A DNA stretch of 63,861 nucleotides, the filler included, from an uncultured Methanosarcinales archaeon (lineage in GTDB: Archaea; Nanobdellota; Nanobdellia; Woesearchaeales; JABMPP01), in NCBI GenBank assembly GCA_964604995.1. It is 6 parts of 6 records of this genome, joined end to end, with 100 filler letters (N's around TTAATTAATTAA, not from the genome) between each part and the next. Parts side by side here need not be neighbours in the genome. Positions count along the whole stretch, not along the records: positions 1 to 14,707 come from CAZSAD010000037.1; positions 14,808 to 26,377 come from CAZSAD010000040.1; 4 more parts are not named here. One strand, given 5' to 3'. Every line of letters begins with the position of its first letter. Position 1 is the stretch's first letter. Of this stretch, positions 10,758 through 19,458 are shown piece after piece. The notes beneath the pieces were generated by a model. The model did no database searches. It was given only the letters and a program-made list of their open reading frames with translations, and had not been told where the DNA came from. The position numbers were made by a program, and so were the translations under genes.

Positions 10758-11027
10758 ATGGAACAATCAAACACATATTCGGATTCATCTTTTGATGATC
10801 CAGATAATCAAACTGGAAAAGATGTATCTAAAAAAACAATTGTTACACTACTAGTCATCACGATATTGGTAGTTGCACTTGGCATTTGGACAGTACTTGA
10901 TAGAATGAATGCACAATCTGATAAAGTTTCAACAACAACTGGACAAGTAAGTATGAATATAATACCATCAAATGCTGTACCTGTTGATGTTGGAAATACT
11001 GAAGAAACAACAGGAACAAATAAATAG
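10758..11027 (+). CDS. Small single-TM protein, copy 2
   Basis: Near-identical to 9657-9926. The ATG at 10758 has an AGGTG SD and matches the paralog's start. Confidence 0.8.
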   Translation: MEQSNTYSDSSFDDPDNQTGKDVSKKTIVTLLVITILVVALGIWTVLDRMNAQSDKVSTTTGQVSMNIIPSNAVPVDVGNTEETTGTNK

Positions 11028-11046
11028 AAGTATAATGTGTATTATT

Positions 11047-11766
11047 ATGATGCTAAAATCAAAAAATGTTGTTGTTTTTATTTTGATTATTACAATATTT
11101 CTATCAATTATATTAACAATCATGACATTGAGATATTTAAAGGATAGAATAATTTTACCAGAAATAACTGGCAAAGCATCATCTAGTATTGTAGATATTG
11201 ATATAAAAGGACTTACTGAAATGAGAGTAAGTTATGATGATGTTAATTTTGGATCTGGAGAGATAAATGAAACTTTAGATTTATCAACCGAACAAATTAA
11301 TCCTGGAACATTTAATCCTTGCATAGAAATTAATGGAACATATAATTTTTCGGAAGATTGTAGAGGAATACAAATTGATAATATTGGAAATACTTATTTA
11401 AATTTGACAATGATTTCAACAAAAGATGCAAAAGATTTATTTTTAGGGGATAATACTACTTCAAAATTCAGATTTACTGTTGTACCTGGAAATATTTCTA
11501 GAATGCCAATGAATAGTTGCTTATATAATGCAATATCTGACCAGAGTATTTTCCCAAAAGGTAGTAATTACATCAATAATTTTATGAATTGGACTGAAAT
11601 AAACAAAAGTTTTATTTATACCATATGTAATAACTTTTCATTCTCAACCTATAATAGAAGTTTAGTAATTGAAATAAATGTTACAATTCCTTATAATGAA
11701 GGAAGATTTAATCCTGGAACTGAAAGAACAGCATATTTATTATTTATTGCTCAAAGTGTTGAATAA
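11047..11766 (+). CDS. Divergent third pilin/WxL-like subunit
   Basis: TM + ITGKA, VNFG, GTFNPC..DCRGIQIDNIGNTYLNLTM, IEINVTIP. Start chosen after the upstream stop rather than at 10972. Confidence 0.65.
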   Translation: MMLKSKNVVVFILIITIFLSIILTIMTLRYLKDRIILPEITGKASSSIVDIDIKGLTEMRVSYDDVNFGSGEINETLDLSTEQINPGTFNPCIEINGTYNFSEDCRGIQIDNIGNTYLNLTMISTKDAKDLFLGDNTTSKFRFTVVPGNISRMPMNSCLYNAISDQSIFPKGSNYINNFMNWTEINKSFIYTICNNFSFSTYNRSLVIEINVTIPYNEGRFNPGTERTAYLLFIAQSVE

Positions 11767-13025
11767 TGGAAAATAAATTAAAAATAATTGGGATATTTGG
11801 AATTTTATTTATGCTAAGCATTATTATATCACCAAAAGCTAGTGCTTTGGGTATAAGTGTTAATAAAGAGATTGCATATGTTCCAAATTCTTCTACCGAG
11901 GTAGATTTATGCTTTAGAAACTCTAAAAATGAAGCAGATACTTTTGAAGTAACAAAAGAAGGAGAATTGGATGAGTATATCACTTTTAATTTTCCAGAAA
12001 TAATTACACTTGGTGCAATGAAAACTGAATGTTATTCTTATACTATTAAAATGCCAGAAGAAATGAAACACGCTGGATTAGTTAGTTCATTAATTCTTGC
12101 TAAAGAACTTCCTGCAGAAGCATCTGGAGGAGGAGGGATACAATTTAACATACTTGTTGGGGTAAACCATAAAATTAGTCTTAGAGTACCTTATCCTGGA
12201 AAATATTTAGATACTTATTTTGAATCATCGAATGTGAAAGCAGGAGATCCTGCAATATTTTCGCTTAGAGCAATTAGCAGAGGATCTGAAATTATACAAA
12301 AATTATCAGGTACTGCACAAATTTATGATGTGATGGATAATACTATGATAAAAGAGATTAGGTTTACTGAAGCTGTTAATATCAAAACTAATGAAGAAGT
12401 ATTTATTAAAGCAATATGGGATACAACTGGAATAAAATCTGGGAATTATAAAGTTAAAGCAACAATAAATTTTGATGAAAAATCTGAAGTTTTTGAAAAA
12501 GAATTTAAAGTTGGATCAATGGAAATCAACATTATAAATTATACAACTACTGCTTATAATGATTCCATTAGCAAATTTGATGTTAATTTGCTTTCGAATT
12601 GGAATGACCCTATAGAAAATGTAAATACTTTAGTTAACATCAAAAAAAGTGATGTATATAATGTAGAGTTTAGAATGCCGAGCATTACAATATCTCCTTT
12701 TAGTTATGGAATTACCTCTTCATATTGGGAAACTAAGGGGTTGCCTACTGGAACATATAATGTGATGGTCATAACAAGTTATATGGATAAAGAAGTTGAG
12801 AAAAAAGTTGTAAAAACTGGAACAATAGAACTTTTGGAAAGGGAATTAGAGAAACCTTCACCTTTAAATACCACAACACTTCTAATTTTAATAATTATAA
12901 TTATGGTTATAATAAATATTGCATGGGTAGTTTATAGCAAAGTGAAAAAAAATAAAGGAAATCCTCCATTAAATAATAACAATAATGTGAATAACAATTA
13001 CTTAAACAACAGTGAACCTAAATGA
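11766..13025 (+). CDS. Second DUF916-like multi-Ig membrane-anchored protein
   Basis: ASA-LGIS signal site, VPYPGKY, two WDT/WET..G.Y strands, C-terminal TM (IINIAWVVY vs IINIVWLVY in the paralog). Confidence 0.6.
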   Translation: MENKLKIIGIFGILFMLSIIISPKASALGISVNKEIAYVPNSSTEVDLCFRNSKNEADTFEVTKEGELDEYITFNFPEIITLGAMKTECYSYTIKMPEEMKHAGLVSSLILAKELPAEASGGGGIQFNILVGVNHKISLRVPYPGKYLDTYFESSNVKAGDPAIFSLRAISRGSEIIQKLSGTAQIYDVMDNTMIKEIRFTEAVNIKTNEEVFIKAIWDTTGIKSGNYKVKATINFDEKSEVFEKEFKVGSMEINIINYTTTAYNDSISKFDVNLLSNWNDPIENVNTLVNIKKSDVYNVEFRMPSITISPFSYGITSSYWETKGLPTGTYNVMVITSYMDKEVEKKVVKTGTIELLERELEKPSPLNTTTLLILIIIIMVIINIAWVVYSKVKKNKGNPPLNNNNNVNNNYLNNSEPK

Positions 13026-13447
13026 AATTAAAAAAATTAATTTGGATAATAGTTATAGTGGCGATTTTGACTGCTATTTTTACTTATTTTTTATATAGTA
13101 AATTTTTAATTTTGGAAGTAAAAGATTTACCAACAGACGTCAATGTGACTTCCATAAATAAAGTAGGATTTAATTTGGATAAAGATAGAATTCACTTTGG
13201 AACCATATCAAATGGGGGGAATTCTAAAAGACAAATTGATTTGCATAATACCAAATTAGTTAGAGTTGAAGTTAGGTTGATAGGAATTGGAGATATTAAA
13301 GAATTTTTATACTTTGAACCTCAAAAAATAGTGCTATCTCCTGGCGAAACTGTTAATGTTTCGATTACTGCAATTGTACCACCAAATACCCCTTATGGGG
13401 GATATGAAGGATATATTAGAGTACAAACTCGCTTAAAAATTATTTGA
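13022..13447 (+). CDS. Minimal pilin/Ig-like membrane-anchored protein
   Basis: TM helix, IHFG, VPPNTPYGGYEGYIRV terminal strand. Confidence 0.65.
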   Translation: MKLKKLIWIIVIVAILTAIFTYFLYSKFLILEVKDLPTDVNVTSINKVGFNLDKDRIHFGTISNGGNSKRQIDLHNTKLVRVEVRLIGIGDIKEFLYFEPQKIVLSPGETVNVSITAIVPPNTPYGGYEGYIRVQTRLKII

Positions 13448-13544
13448 GAAAAAATAAAGAAAAATTATTTAATTATTTTGTTTCTAAGATAAATGAGATT
13501 TGACAAAAAAAAGTTAAAGAACTATTTTTTAACAGTTTGTTTAA

Positions 13545-13597
13545 TGTTGATTATCAACAAAAAGATATATATAATAGTTATTCGTTGAATATCAACA
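13545..13597 (+). promoter_or_regulatory. TATA element flanked by two palindromic operator-like sites
   Basis: TGTTGA-TTA-TCAACA (13545-13559) and GTTGA-ATA-TCAACA (13584-13597) surround GATATATATAA just before the ATG at 13599. Confidence 0.6.
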
Positions 13598-13598
13598 G

Positions 13599-14114
13599 AT
13601 GCCTCAAATAGTAGAAAAAAAGAAGATAAATGAAGCTCTAAAGAGTTGTATCGATATATTCTTAGATATACCAAATAAAAAAATAAATGTGATTTATAGC
13701 TATGCTGATTTAAAAAATAGGGATAGTGTTAAAAAATTGATAAAAAATGAGTATCCTAATTACAATATTATTGATATAAAACAACAACAAATTTTTCAAC
13801 CAGAAAAACTTAAGAAATTATTTTCTACAACAAGTCTTAAAAATAATTGTCAAGTGTTTGAACTTTTAGGCCTTAAGAAAAAAATAATTCTCGAATATAC
13901 TTTAGTTAATTTGAATCGTGTAAATAAAACATTATTTGGTTATGCATTAAAAGGAAGAGATGGAAAAAGTGGAGTATTGAAAGAGATTAGTGGTAAAGCT
14001 ATTGGAAGAAATGTGATTATTTTAGATTTTAATGAACAAGAAAAATTATTAGAATTTTTAGGTTATTGGAAAGTAGAGTATAAAATAAAAGAAGTTTTTG
14101 AAAATAATGAATAA
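13599..14114 (+). CDS. Hypothetical cytoplasmic protein
   Basis: 171-aa ORF with its own promoter; no confident family. Confidence 0.7.
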   Translation: MPQIVEKKKINEALKSCIDIFLDIPNKKINVIYSYADLKNRDSVKKLIKNEYPNYNIIDIKQQQIFQPEKLKKLFSTTSLKNNCQVFELLGLKKKIILEYTLVNLNRVNKTLFGYALKGRDGKSGVLKEISGKAIGRNVIILDFNEQEKLLEFLGYWKVEYKIKEVFENNE

Positions 14115-14168
14115 AATATGAAATGAAAAAATAATAAAAATGGTTTGATAATGCTAAGCTGATAAAAA

Positions 14169-14707
14169 ATGGAAAAACAAAAACAAACAAATAATTCAAT
14201 TAATCCTCCTAAGAAAAAAGGGGATGTTTTGATAGTTATGATAGTAATATTAATAATTGTATTGCTTTTGGTAAATATCACTTTGTTTTTTTATGCAAAA
14301 AATTATGGTAAAGATAATACTATACAAGGAGCTTCGGTTGGGTTAGTAAGAATGTGCATTAATAGTCCTCCTTCAATTAGAAACGACTGCCCAATTTATG
14401 CGGTTGTTAATACCACATATTCTTGTGATATAAATGCGACAGATTCGGATGAGCAAGTTCTTAGTTATTATGATAATAGTAGCAGATACAATATCACTCA
14501 ATTAGGAATAATTAGTTTTGAACCTAAATATGAACAAATTGGTGTTGAAACTTCGTTTGTTAAAGTGAGTGATGGAACAATGTGTAAAAATACTAACACC
14601 TCAAAATTAATTACAATTAGAGTGTGTATGGAACCTTATTGGAACAATTTCAAAAATAATGTTACAACAAATATTTCGATTTTACCATGTTGGAATAATG
14701 TTAGCAA
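14169..14707 (+). CDS. Membrane-anchored Ig/cadherin-like protein, 3'-truncated at contig end
   Basis: TM helix, then NSPPSI..INATDSDEQVLSY..VKVSDG; runs into the spacer. Confidence 0.65.
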
Positions 14708-14807
14708 NNNNNNNNNNNNNNNNNNNNNNNNNNNNNNNNNNNNNNNNNNNNTTAATTAATTAANNNNNNNNNNNNNNNNNNNNNNNNNNNNNNNNNNNNN
14801 NNNNNNN
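14708..14807. other. Artificial contig spacer
   Basis: 44 N + TTAATTAATTAA (stop in all six frames) + 44 N. Confidence 0.98.
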
Positions 14808-15309
14808 GATTTTTCTCAATCAAATTACGCACGTCAGTAATCTTTTTTTCATCTAAATCTTTAAGACTTGCATGTTCATTAAAATAAAAATCCCAAGAAG
14901 AATTTTTTGTTTTGAGATATATTTCTGAAATCTCTTTTGCAGAAAGTTTGACATTAGAATTATTCTTTCTAATAAAAACTACCCCTTTAAATGAAGAAGG
15001 TTTGAGTGGGAATTCAGATACATTTATAGAAACAATTTTTTCCCCATCTATTTCAAAAACATCAAATTCTGGAGTTAAAAAAGGCTCGGTTTTAGTTTTT
15101 ACCTCATTTGCCCAATTTACTAAACTTTCCTTGCCAAGTCCTACTCCAATGATTTTTTTCTTATCCTCTATTCCTAAAAGGATTCTTCCTCCATGAGAAT
15201 TTGAAAAAGCGACAATAGATTCTATAACTTTATCACTAAAATTTTCCTTAAACTCTACAAATTGATTTTCTCCATTTTTTAATATCGAATTGAGTTCTTG
15301 TTTATTCAT
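14808..15309 (-). CDS. AlbA_2 (Schlafen-like) domain protein, probably RecG-C/HTH type; 3'-truncated
   Basis: GENQFVEFKE..IVAFSNSHGGRILLGIED motif; ends at the spacer. Confidence 0.85.
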
Positions 15310-15848
15310 TGCGATCGCCTAATTGATTGAACTTTAATATTAGTATTCTCATTTTCAACGTCTCTTCTGATTTTATCGAACAAGTATTTGGTTCTTTCCT
15401 TTAGAAACTCAAACTCTTGTTTTTCAAGTGTTGTTTTGATTGAATATTGCATGTTTTCTCTAATATCTAAAATTTTACTGCTTTGCTCAAGGTTTTCAGT
15501 TACATCTTTATCAAAAATTTCCTTTAATTCATTTTTAGTTAAAGAAATTTCTTTATTGTTTATCATTTGCTCAATCAATGCAAATGTGCAACTTTGGTTA
15601 CGGGATTCAAATCCTTTTTTTGCAATTAAAGCAAGTAATCCGTGATATAAACAATAAAATGCAGCTGATGCACTCCAATCAGAATAATTAAATTTTGAGA
15701 ATAATTCTATGGCATTAAAATTATGTATTGCTTTTTTTATATGTCCGTTAATCAATTTTTTAGAAGGCTCTATTTTCTTTAGACCCTTATGCTTCTCTGA
15801 TTTTTCTCCTTCCTTTAAGCATACTTTTATCTTATTTTGAATATCCAT
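15306..15848 (-). CDS. HEPN domain protein
   Basis: WSASAAFYCLYHGLLALI..G.ESRNQ and RENMQY (R-x4-Y) motifs; overlaps the MNT gene. Confidence 0.85.
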   Translation of the reverse strand: MDIQNKIKVCLKEGEKSEKHKGLKKIEPSKKLINGHIKKAIHNFNAIELFSKFNYSDWSASAAFYCLYHGLLALIAKKGFESRNQSCTFALIEQMINNKEISLTKNELKEIFDKDVTENLEQSSKILDIRENMQYSIKTTLEKQEFEFLKERTKYLFDKIRRDVENENTNIKVQSIRRSQ

Positions 15849-16419
15849 CTTTTATTATCTCCATTAAGTTGTCTTGTCCCCATAAAATGAATCCTTTTTG
15901 CAATATTTCTATTATCATTACCTCATTTTTTAAAATATTTTGAGTCAAATCCATTTTTGTTTGTATGATGTCTTGAACTTTTAGAGGCATTGCTGGATAG
16001 ATTTTTCTTGTTTCTTCTTTGTATTTTTTAAAATTACCTTCTTTTAATACAAAAAATAAGTCAATATCTTCAGGATTCTTTTTTTCTGTAATATACGATC
16101 CAAAAATTATGCAAACTTCAGTTAGCTTTTGTAGCTCTTTTAAATCTTCTAAACGATTTTTTATTTTAGCACTTGGTTCTTCTATTAATGCTAATTCGCA
16201 TATGTTTTTTGTTTTAAGATTATCAAAATCTAAGGAATAAGTATTGATGTTTGCTATTTTTTTTAGTTTTGTTATTTTTTCTTGCTCAAATTTCTTTAGA
16301 ATTTTAAATGCCCCATTTGGAGCGATATTACATCTTCTAGCTATTTCATTTATTGAGTATTCCTCCTTAAAAGAGAACAACAATATTTTAATCACATTTT
16401 TTTCATTTTTTGTCAGCAT
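15832..16419 (-). CDS. wHTH + minimal nucleotidyltransferase (MNT) antitoxin-like protein
   Basis: N-terminal HTH (SINEIARRC) and IIFGSY..EDIDLFFV. An in-frame GTG at 16431 is an alternative start. Confidence 0.85.
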   Translation of the reverse strand: MLTKNEKNVIKILLFSFKEEYSINEIARRCNIAPNGAFKILKKFEQEKITKLKKIANINTYSLDFDNLKTKNICELALIEEPSAKIKNRLEDLKELQKLTEVCIIFGSYITEKKNPEDIDLFFVLKEGNFKKYKEETRKIYPAMPLKVQDIIQTKMDLTQNILKNEVMIIEILQKGFILWGQDNLMEIIKDGYSK

Positions 16420-16490
16420 TTTATTATACACCTAATTTGTATAATTATACACCTTTAGTATATAAAGTTTTCGTTCTTAAATTAGCATTT

Positions 16491-17423
16491 TCATTTTGTT
16501 ATTATTTCTTTTATTTTGTATCTTTTCTCTACTGGAGATGTGTTGAAGTAGTTTCTTAGCTGTATATCAATCATTACACCTGATACAAACAATTGCACTG
16601 CTATAATCATAAAAAAGAATCCAGCAAAAAATAATGCTTCTCTGTTAAGACTAACATGGTAAAACAATTTCATATAAGCCATATACACTTCCATTAGAAA
16701 TCCTACAAAAAACAATACAAAACTTAGCGCGCCAAATAAATGCAGTGGCCTTCTTGAATATTTATTGATGAACCAGATGTATATTAAATCAGTAAAACCA
16801 TTGACTGATTTTATTATATTGTATTTTGTTTTTCCACTGTATCTTAAACGATGATTTACTTTTAGCTCTCCAACTTTAAAGCCTTTCCATACTAAAAGTG
16901 CAATAATGTACCTATGCATTTGTCCCCATAAATCTAAACTTTTGGCTGCTTTTTTTGTATAGACTCGAAGTGTACAGCCAGTATCATGAATATTATCTTT
17001 TATTAGTAATTCTCGTAAATAACGTGCTATTTTGGTTAGAACCCTTACATAAAATGGATCTTTTCTTTTTGTTCTCCATCCTGCTACTACATCTAATTTT
17101 TCTGCAATTAGTTTTTGATATAATTTAGGAATATCATGTGGATCGTTTTGCAAATCTGCATCCAAGGAAATAACATATTCCCCTAAGCATTCTTTAAATC
17201 CTGCATCTAAAGCAACTGATTGACCATAATTTCTTTGTAAATTTATGATCTTGCATTTTTTTAATTTTTTTAGAACATTTAAACTTTTGTCAGTTGAGCC
17301 GTCATTAACATAAATTATTTCATAACTTTTAAGTTTTGACATTACTTTTTTTATTTCAGAATCTAATTTTTTTAAATTCCCTTCTTCATTATATATTGGA
17401 ACAACTACACTAAATTTTACCAT
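16491..17423 (-). CDS. GT2 glycosyltransferase (DPM synthase/ArnC-like) with two C-terminal TM helices
   Basis: SVVVPIYNEE, VNDGSTD, RNYGQS, LDADLQND, MHRYI. Confidence 0.92.
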   Translation of the reverse strand: MVKFSVVVPIYNEEGNLKKLDSEIKKVMSKLKSYEIIYVNDGSTDKSLNVLKKLKKCKIINLQRNYGQSVALDAGFKECLGEYVISLDADLQNDPHDIPKLYQKLIAEKLDVVAGWRTKRKDPFYVRVLTKIARYLRELLIKDNIHDTGCTLRVYTKKAAKSLDLWGQMHRYIIALLVWKGFKVGELKVNHRLRYSGKTKYNIIKSVNGFTDLIYIWFINKYSRRPLHLFGALSFVLFFVGFLMEVYMAYMKLFYHVSLNREALFFAGFFFMIIAVQLFVSGVMIDIQLRNYFNTSPVEKRYKIKEIITK

Positions 17424-17456
17424 GTTTAGATTAAGAAAGTTAAGTATTTAATAAGT

Positions 17457-18929
17457 TTAAGTCTTTTTGAAATGATAAACATATACTGTATTCCAATAGG
17501 TTGTACCATATTTTTTCTCTAATGTAAGGTTTAATACAATTTCTCTTTCTTTACTAGAAAGTCTTTGAATTCCCATGTCATCAATAATAATATATCCACC
17601 ATATGCAAGCGCATCTTTAAGCATTATTTCATTTATTATTGATGTAATATTAGTGTATCTTTCCCCCAAATTATTTTTGTTGTAAAGATCATTTATTCCT
17701 CTGCCTTCATAACCAATTGCAAGCCAATAATCTGCTTTTTTAAAATACAATGCACTAATTGCTGGTTGGGTAACAATTAATATATCTCCTTCAACAATAT
17801 TTTCTTTCACATATGTATAAGCATCTTCAAATGGAGGCTGAGGTGTTTCGACTTCAAGAGCATATGAATTCTTAGGAAGAAAAAGCACTTGAGAAAATAA
17901 TAGTAAACATACAAGGGACACAACAATAAATATTTTGTAAATTTTATTTTTATACAATTCATAAAAATAAATCATTGCTTGACTTGCAAGTATTGTAATT
18001 ACTGGCAATGCAATAAATATATATCTGAAATTTCGCATGTTAATTGTGAAGGATACAGCTACAAAAACAGAAAAAAACAACAATATATACAATAAATTAT
18101 ATTTGAGATATTTTTTGAAAGAAAAAATTCCTATTACTGCTAAGCATATTAATAGGTAAGTTGTTTGAAAAAGATAATACTTGTATTCTGAGAAGTAATC
18201 TGCAACAACTTTTATGTTGCCAAGATTAACCATTATATAATATAGTAATAAAGTAAAAAGTGCAGTTCCGATAAGTATCAAATACTTGTTTAGCTTTATA
18301 TTGTTAAAAAAAGTTTTCATATCTTCAAAAACAGCAGTATTTCTAATAAGAAGAAGATGAATTCCAAGTATTGGTATCAATACAAGTCCTAGCGGACTAA
18401 ATATATAGGATAGAACAATTCCAAAAGCAGTAAGAATTGCATATTTAACATGGCTTTCTTCTAAGTAGCACAAATAAAAGTATATGCTAAGAAAGCAAAG
18501 AAACTCTAAAAATATGTATGATCTTGCTTGTCTAGACCAGGCAATTTGCAGATAAGAAAAAGTTATTAATGCCGAACTTAGCAAAGCAATTTTATAATCA
18601 TAAAATCTGCGTACAAGAAAATAAATCAATGCAATAAATGCAGTTCCGATAATTACAGAGAGTATTCTCATTGGAAAATGTGTGTAGCCAAATAATTCTC
18701 CAAGTATGAATAAAGAGTAACTTTGAGGAAATGCGCCCATATAATTTACATTAGAATCAAATTTAGGATAACCATATGTGCCTATGTTTTTAGATGCTAT
18801 TATTGTATAGGATTCATCAATCCAATAAGAATCATGATTAAGTTCATATATTCTATATGCAAAACCAATTATCAATAAAATACTAAGTATTACAATTTCT
18901 CGTTTTTTTAGTTTATTAAAAGTTTTCAT
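17457..18929 (-). CDS. GT-C fold membrane glycosyltransferase (PMT/ArnT-like)
   Basis: SYWIDE, WSRQARSY and RY motifs, multiple TM helices, C-terminal soluble domain. Confidence 0.85.
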   Translation of the reverse strand: MKTFNKLKKREIVILSILLIIGFAYRIYELNHDSYWIDESYTIIASKNIGTYGYPKFDSNVNYMGAFPQSYSLFILGELFGYTHFPMRILSVIIGTAFIALIYFLVRRFYDYKIALLSSALITFSYLQIAWSRQARSYIFLEFLCFLSIYFYLCYLEESHVKYAILTAFGIVLSYIFSPLGLVLIPILGIHLLLIRNTAVFEDMKTFFNNIKLNKYLILIGTALFTLLLYYIMVNLGNIKVVADYFSEYKYYLFQTTYLLICLAVIGIFSFKKYLKYNLLYILLFFSVFVAVSFTINMRNFRYIFIALPVITILASQAMIYFYELYKNKIYKIFIVVSLVCLLLFSQVLFLPKNSYALEVETPQPPFEDAYTYVKENIVEGDILIVTQPAISALYFKKADYWLAIGYEGRGINDLYNKNNLGERYTNITSIINEIMLKDALAYGGYIIIDDMGIQRLSSKEREIVLNLTLEKKYGTTYWNTVYVYHFKKT

Positions 18930-19129
18930 TCCAAAACCAGTTTTATTATTCCTACAACGATTATTCCTATCAAGAATAAACTAAGATTAATGTATTGGAG
19001 TAAAGTAGAATGAAAAACAAATTTTAGAAATATTAAGATTAGAACAAAGAATGATAAATTTCTGTATACATCTGTAAATATATTAAATAATTCTGTGCGT
19101 ATAGCCTTTAATTTATGATTATATGCCAT
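18926..19129 (-). CDS. Small two-TM membrane protein
   Basis: ATGA overlap with the GT-C gene. Confidence 0.65.
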   Translation of the reverse strand: MAYNHKLKAIRTELFNIFTDVYRNLSFFVLILIFLKFVFHSTLLQYINLSLFLIGIIVVGIIKLVLE

Positions 19130-19458
19130 ATTTAGTTTACTTCGTGAATATTTTTTTGAAGGATTATAATCTGTAATATTTACTAATTAGTTTTATAACC
19201 TTACCTTTATAAAAAGTTAAATAAGGTTTAAGTTTATAAACTTTTTACTTGAGCTAATGTCAAATTTTTACAATTCCTATTTTATATAAGAATATTAATG
19301 TGATTAATATATAACTTATTATCAAAAATGTTCATTGTGAAGTAGTTATAATTAGACGACAAATTACAAAAGATTTATAAATAAATTAATTTAGTACACC
19401 TAATTAAGGGAATATATTACTTATTTATAATGTTGATATAATATTAGTGTGAATTAAT

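Larger units (their letters stand above)
8876..11027 (+). repeat. Tandem duplication of a two-gene unit of about 1.1 kb
   Basis: About 8876-9926 aligns with 9973-11027. Confidence 0.9.

Noticed and set aside
96..11027. Repeat pairs as possible DGR template/variable repeats
   Set aside because: No reverse transcriptase in the window. The copies are either identical or differ at all base types rather than only at adenines, and both copies are coding.
8852..13447. Type IV pilin/archaellin interpretation of the subunits
   Set aside because: No class III signal (K/R-G followed directly by a hydrophobic helix) and no assembly ATPase or TadC in the contig.
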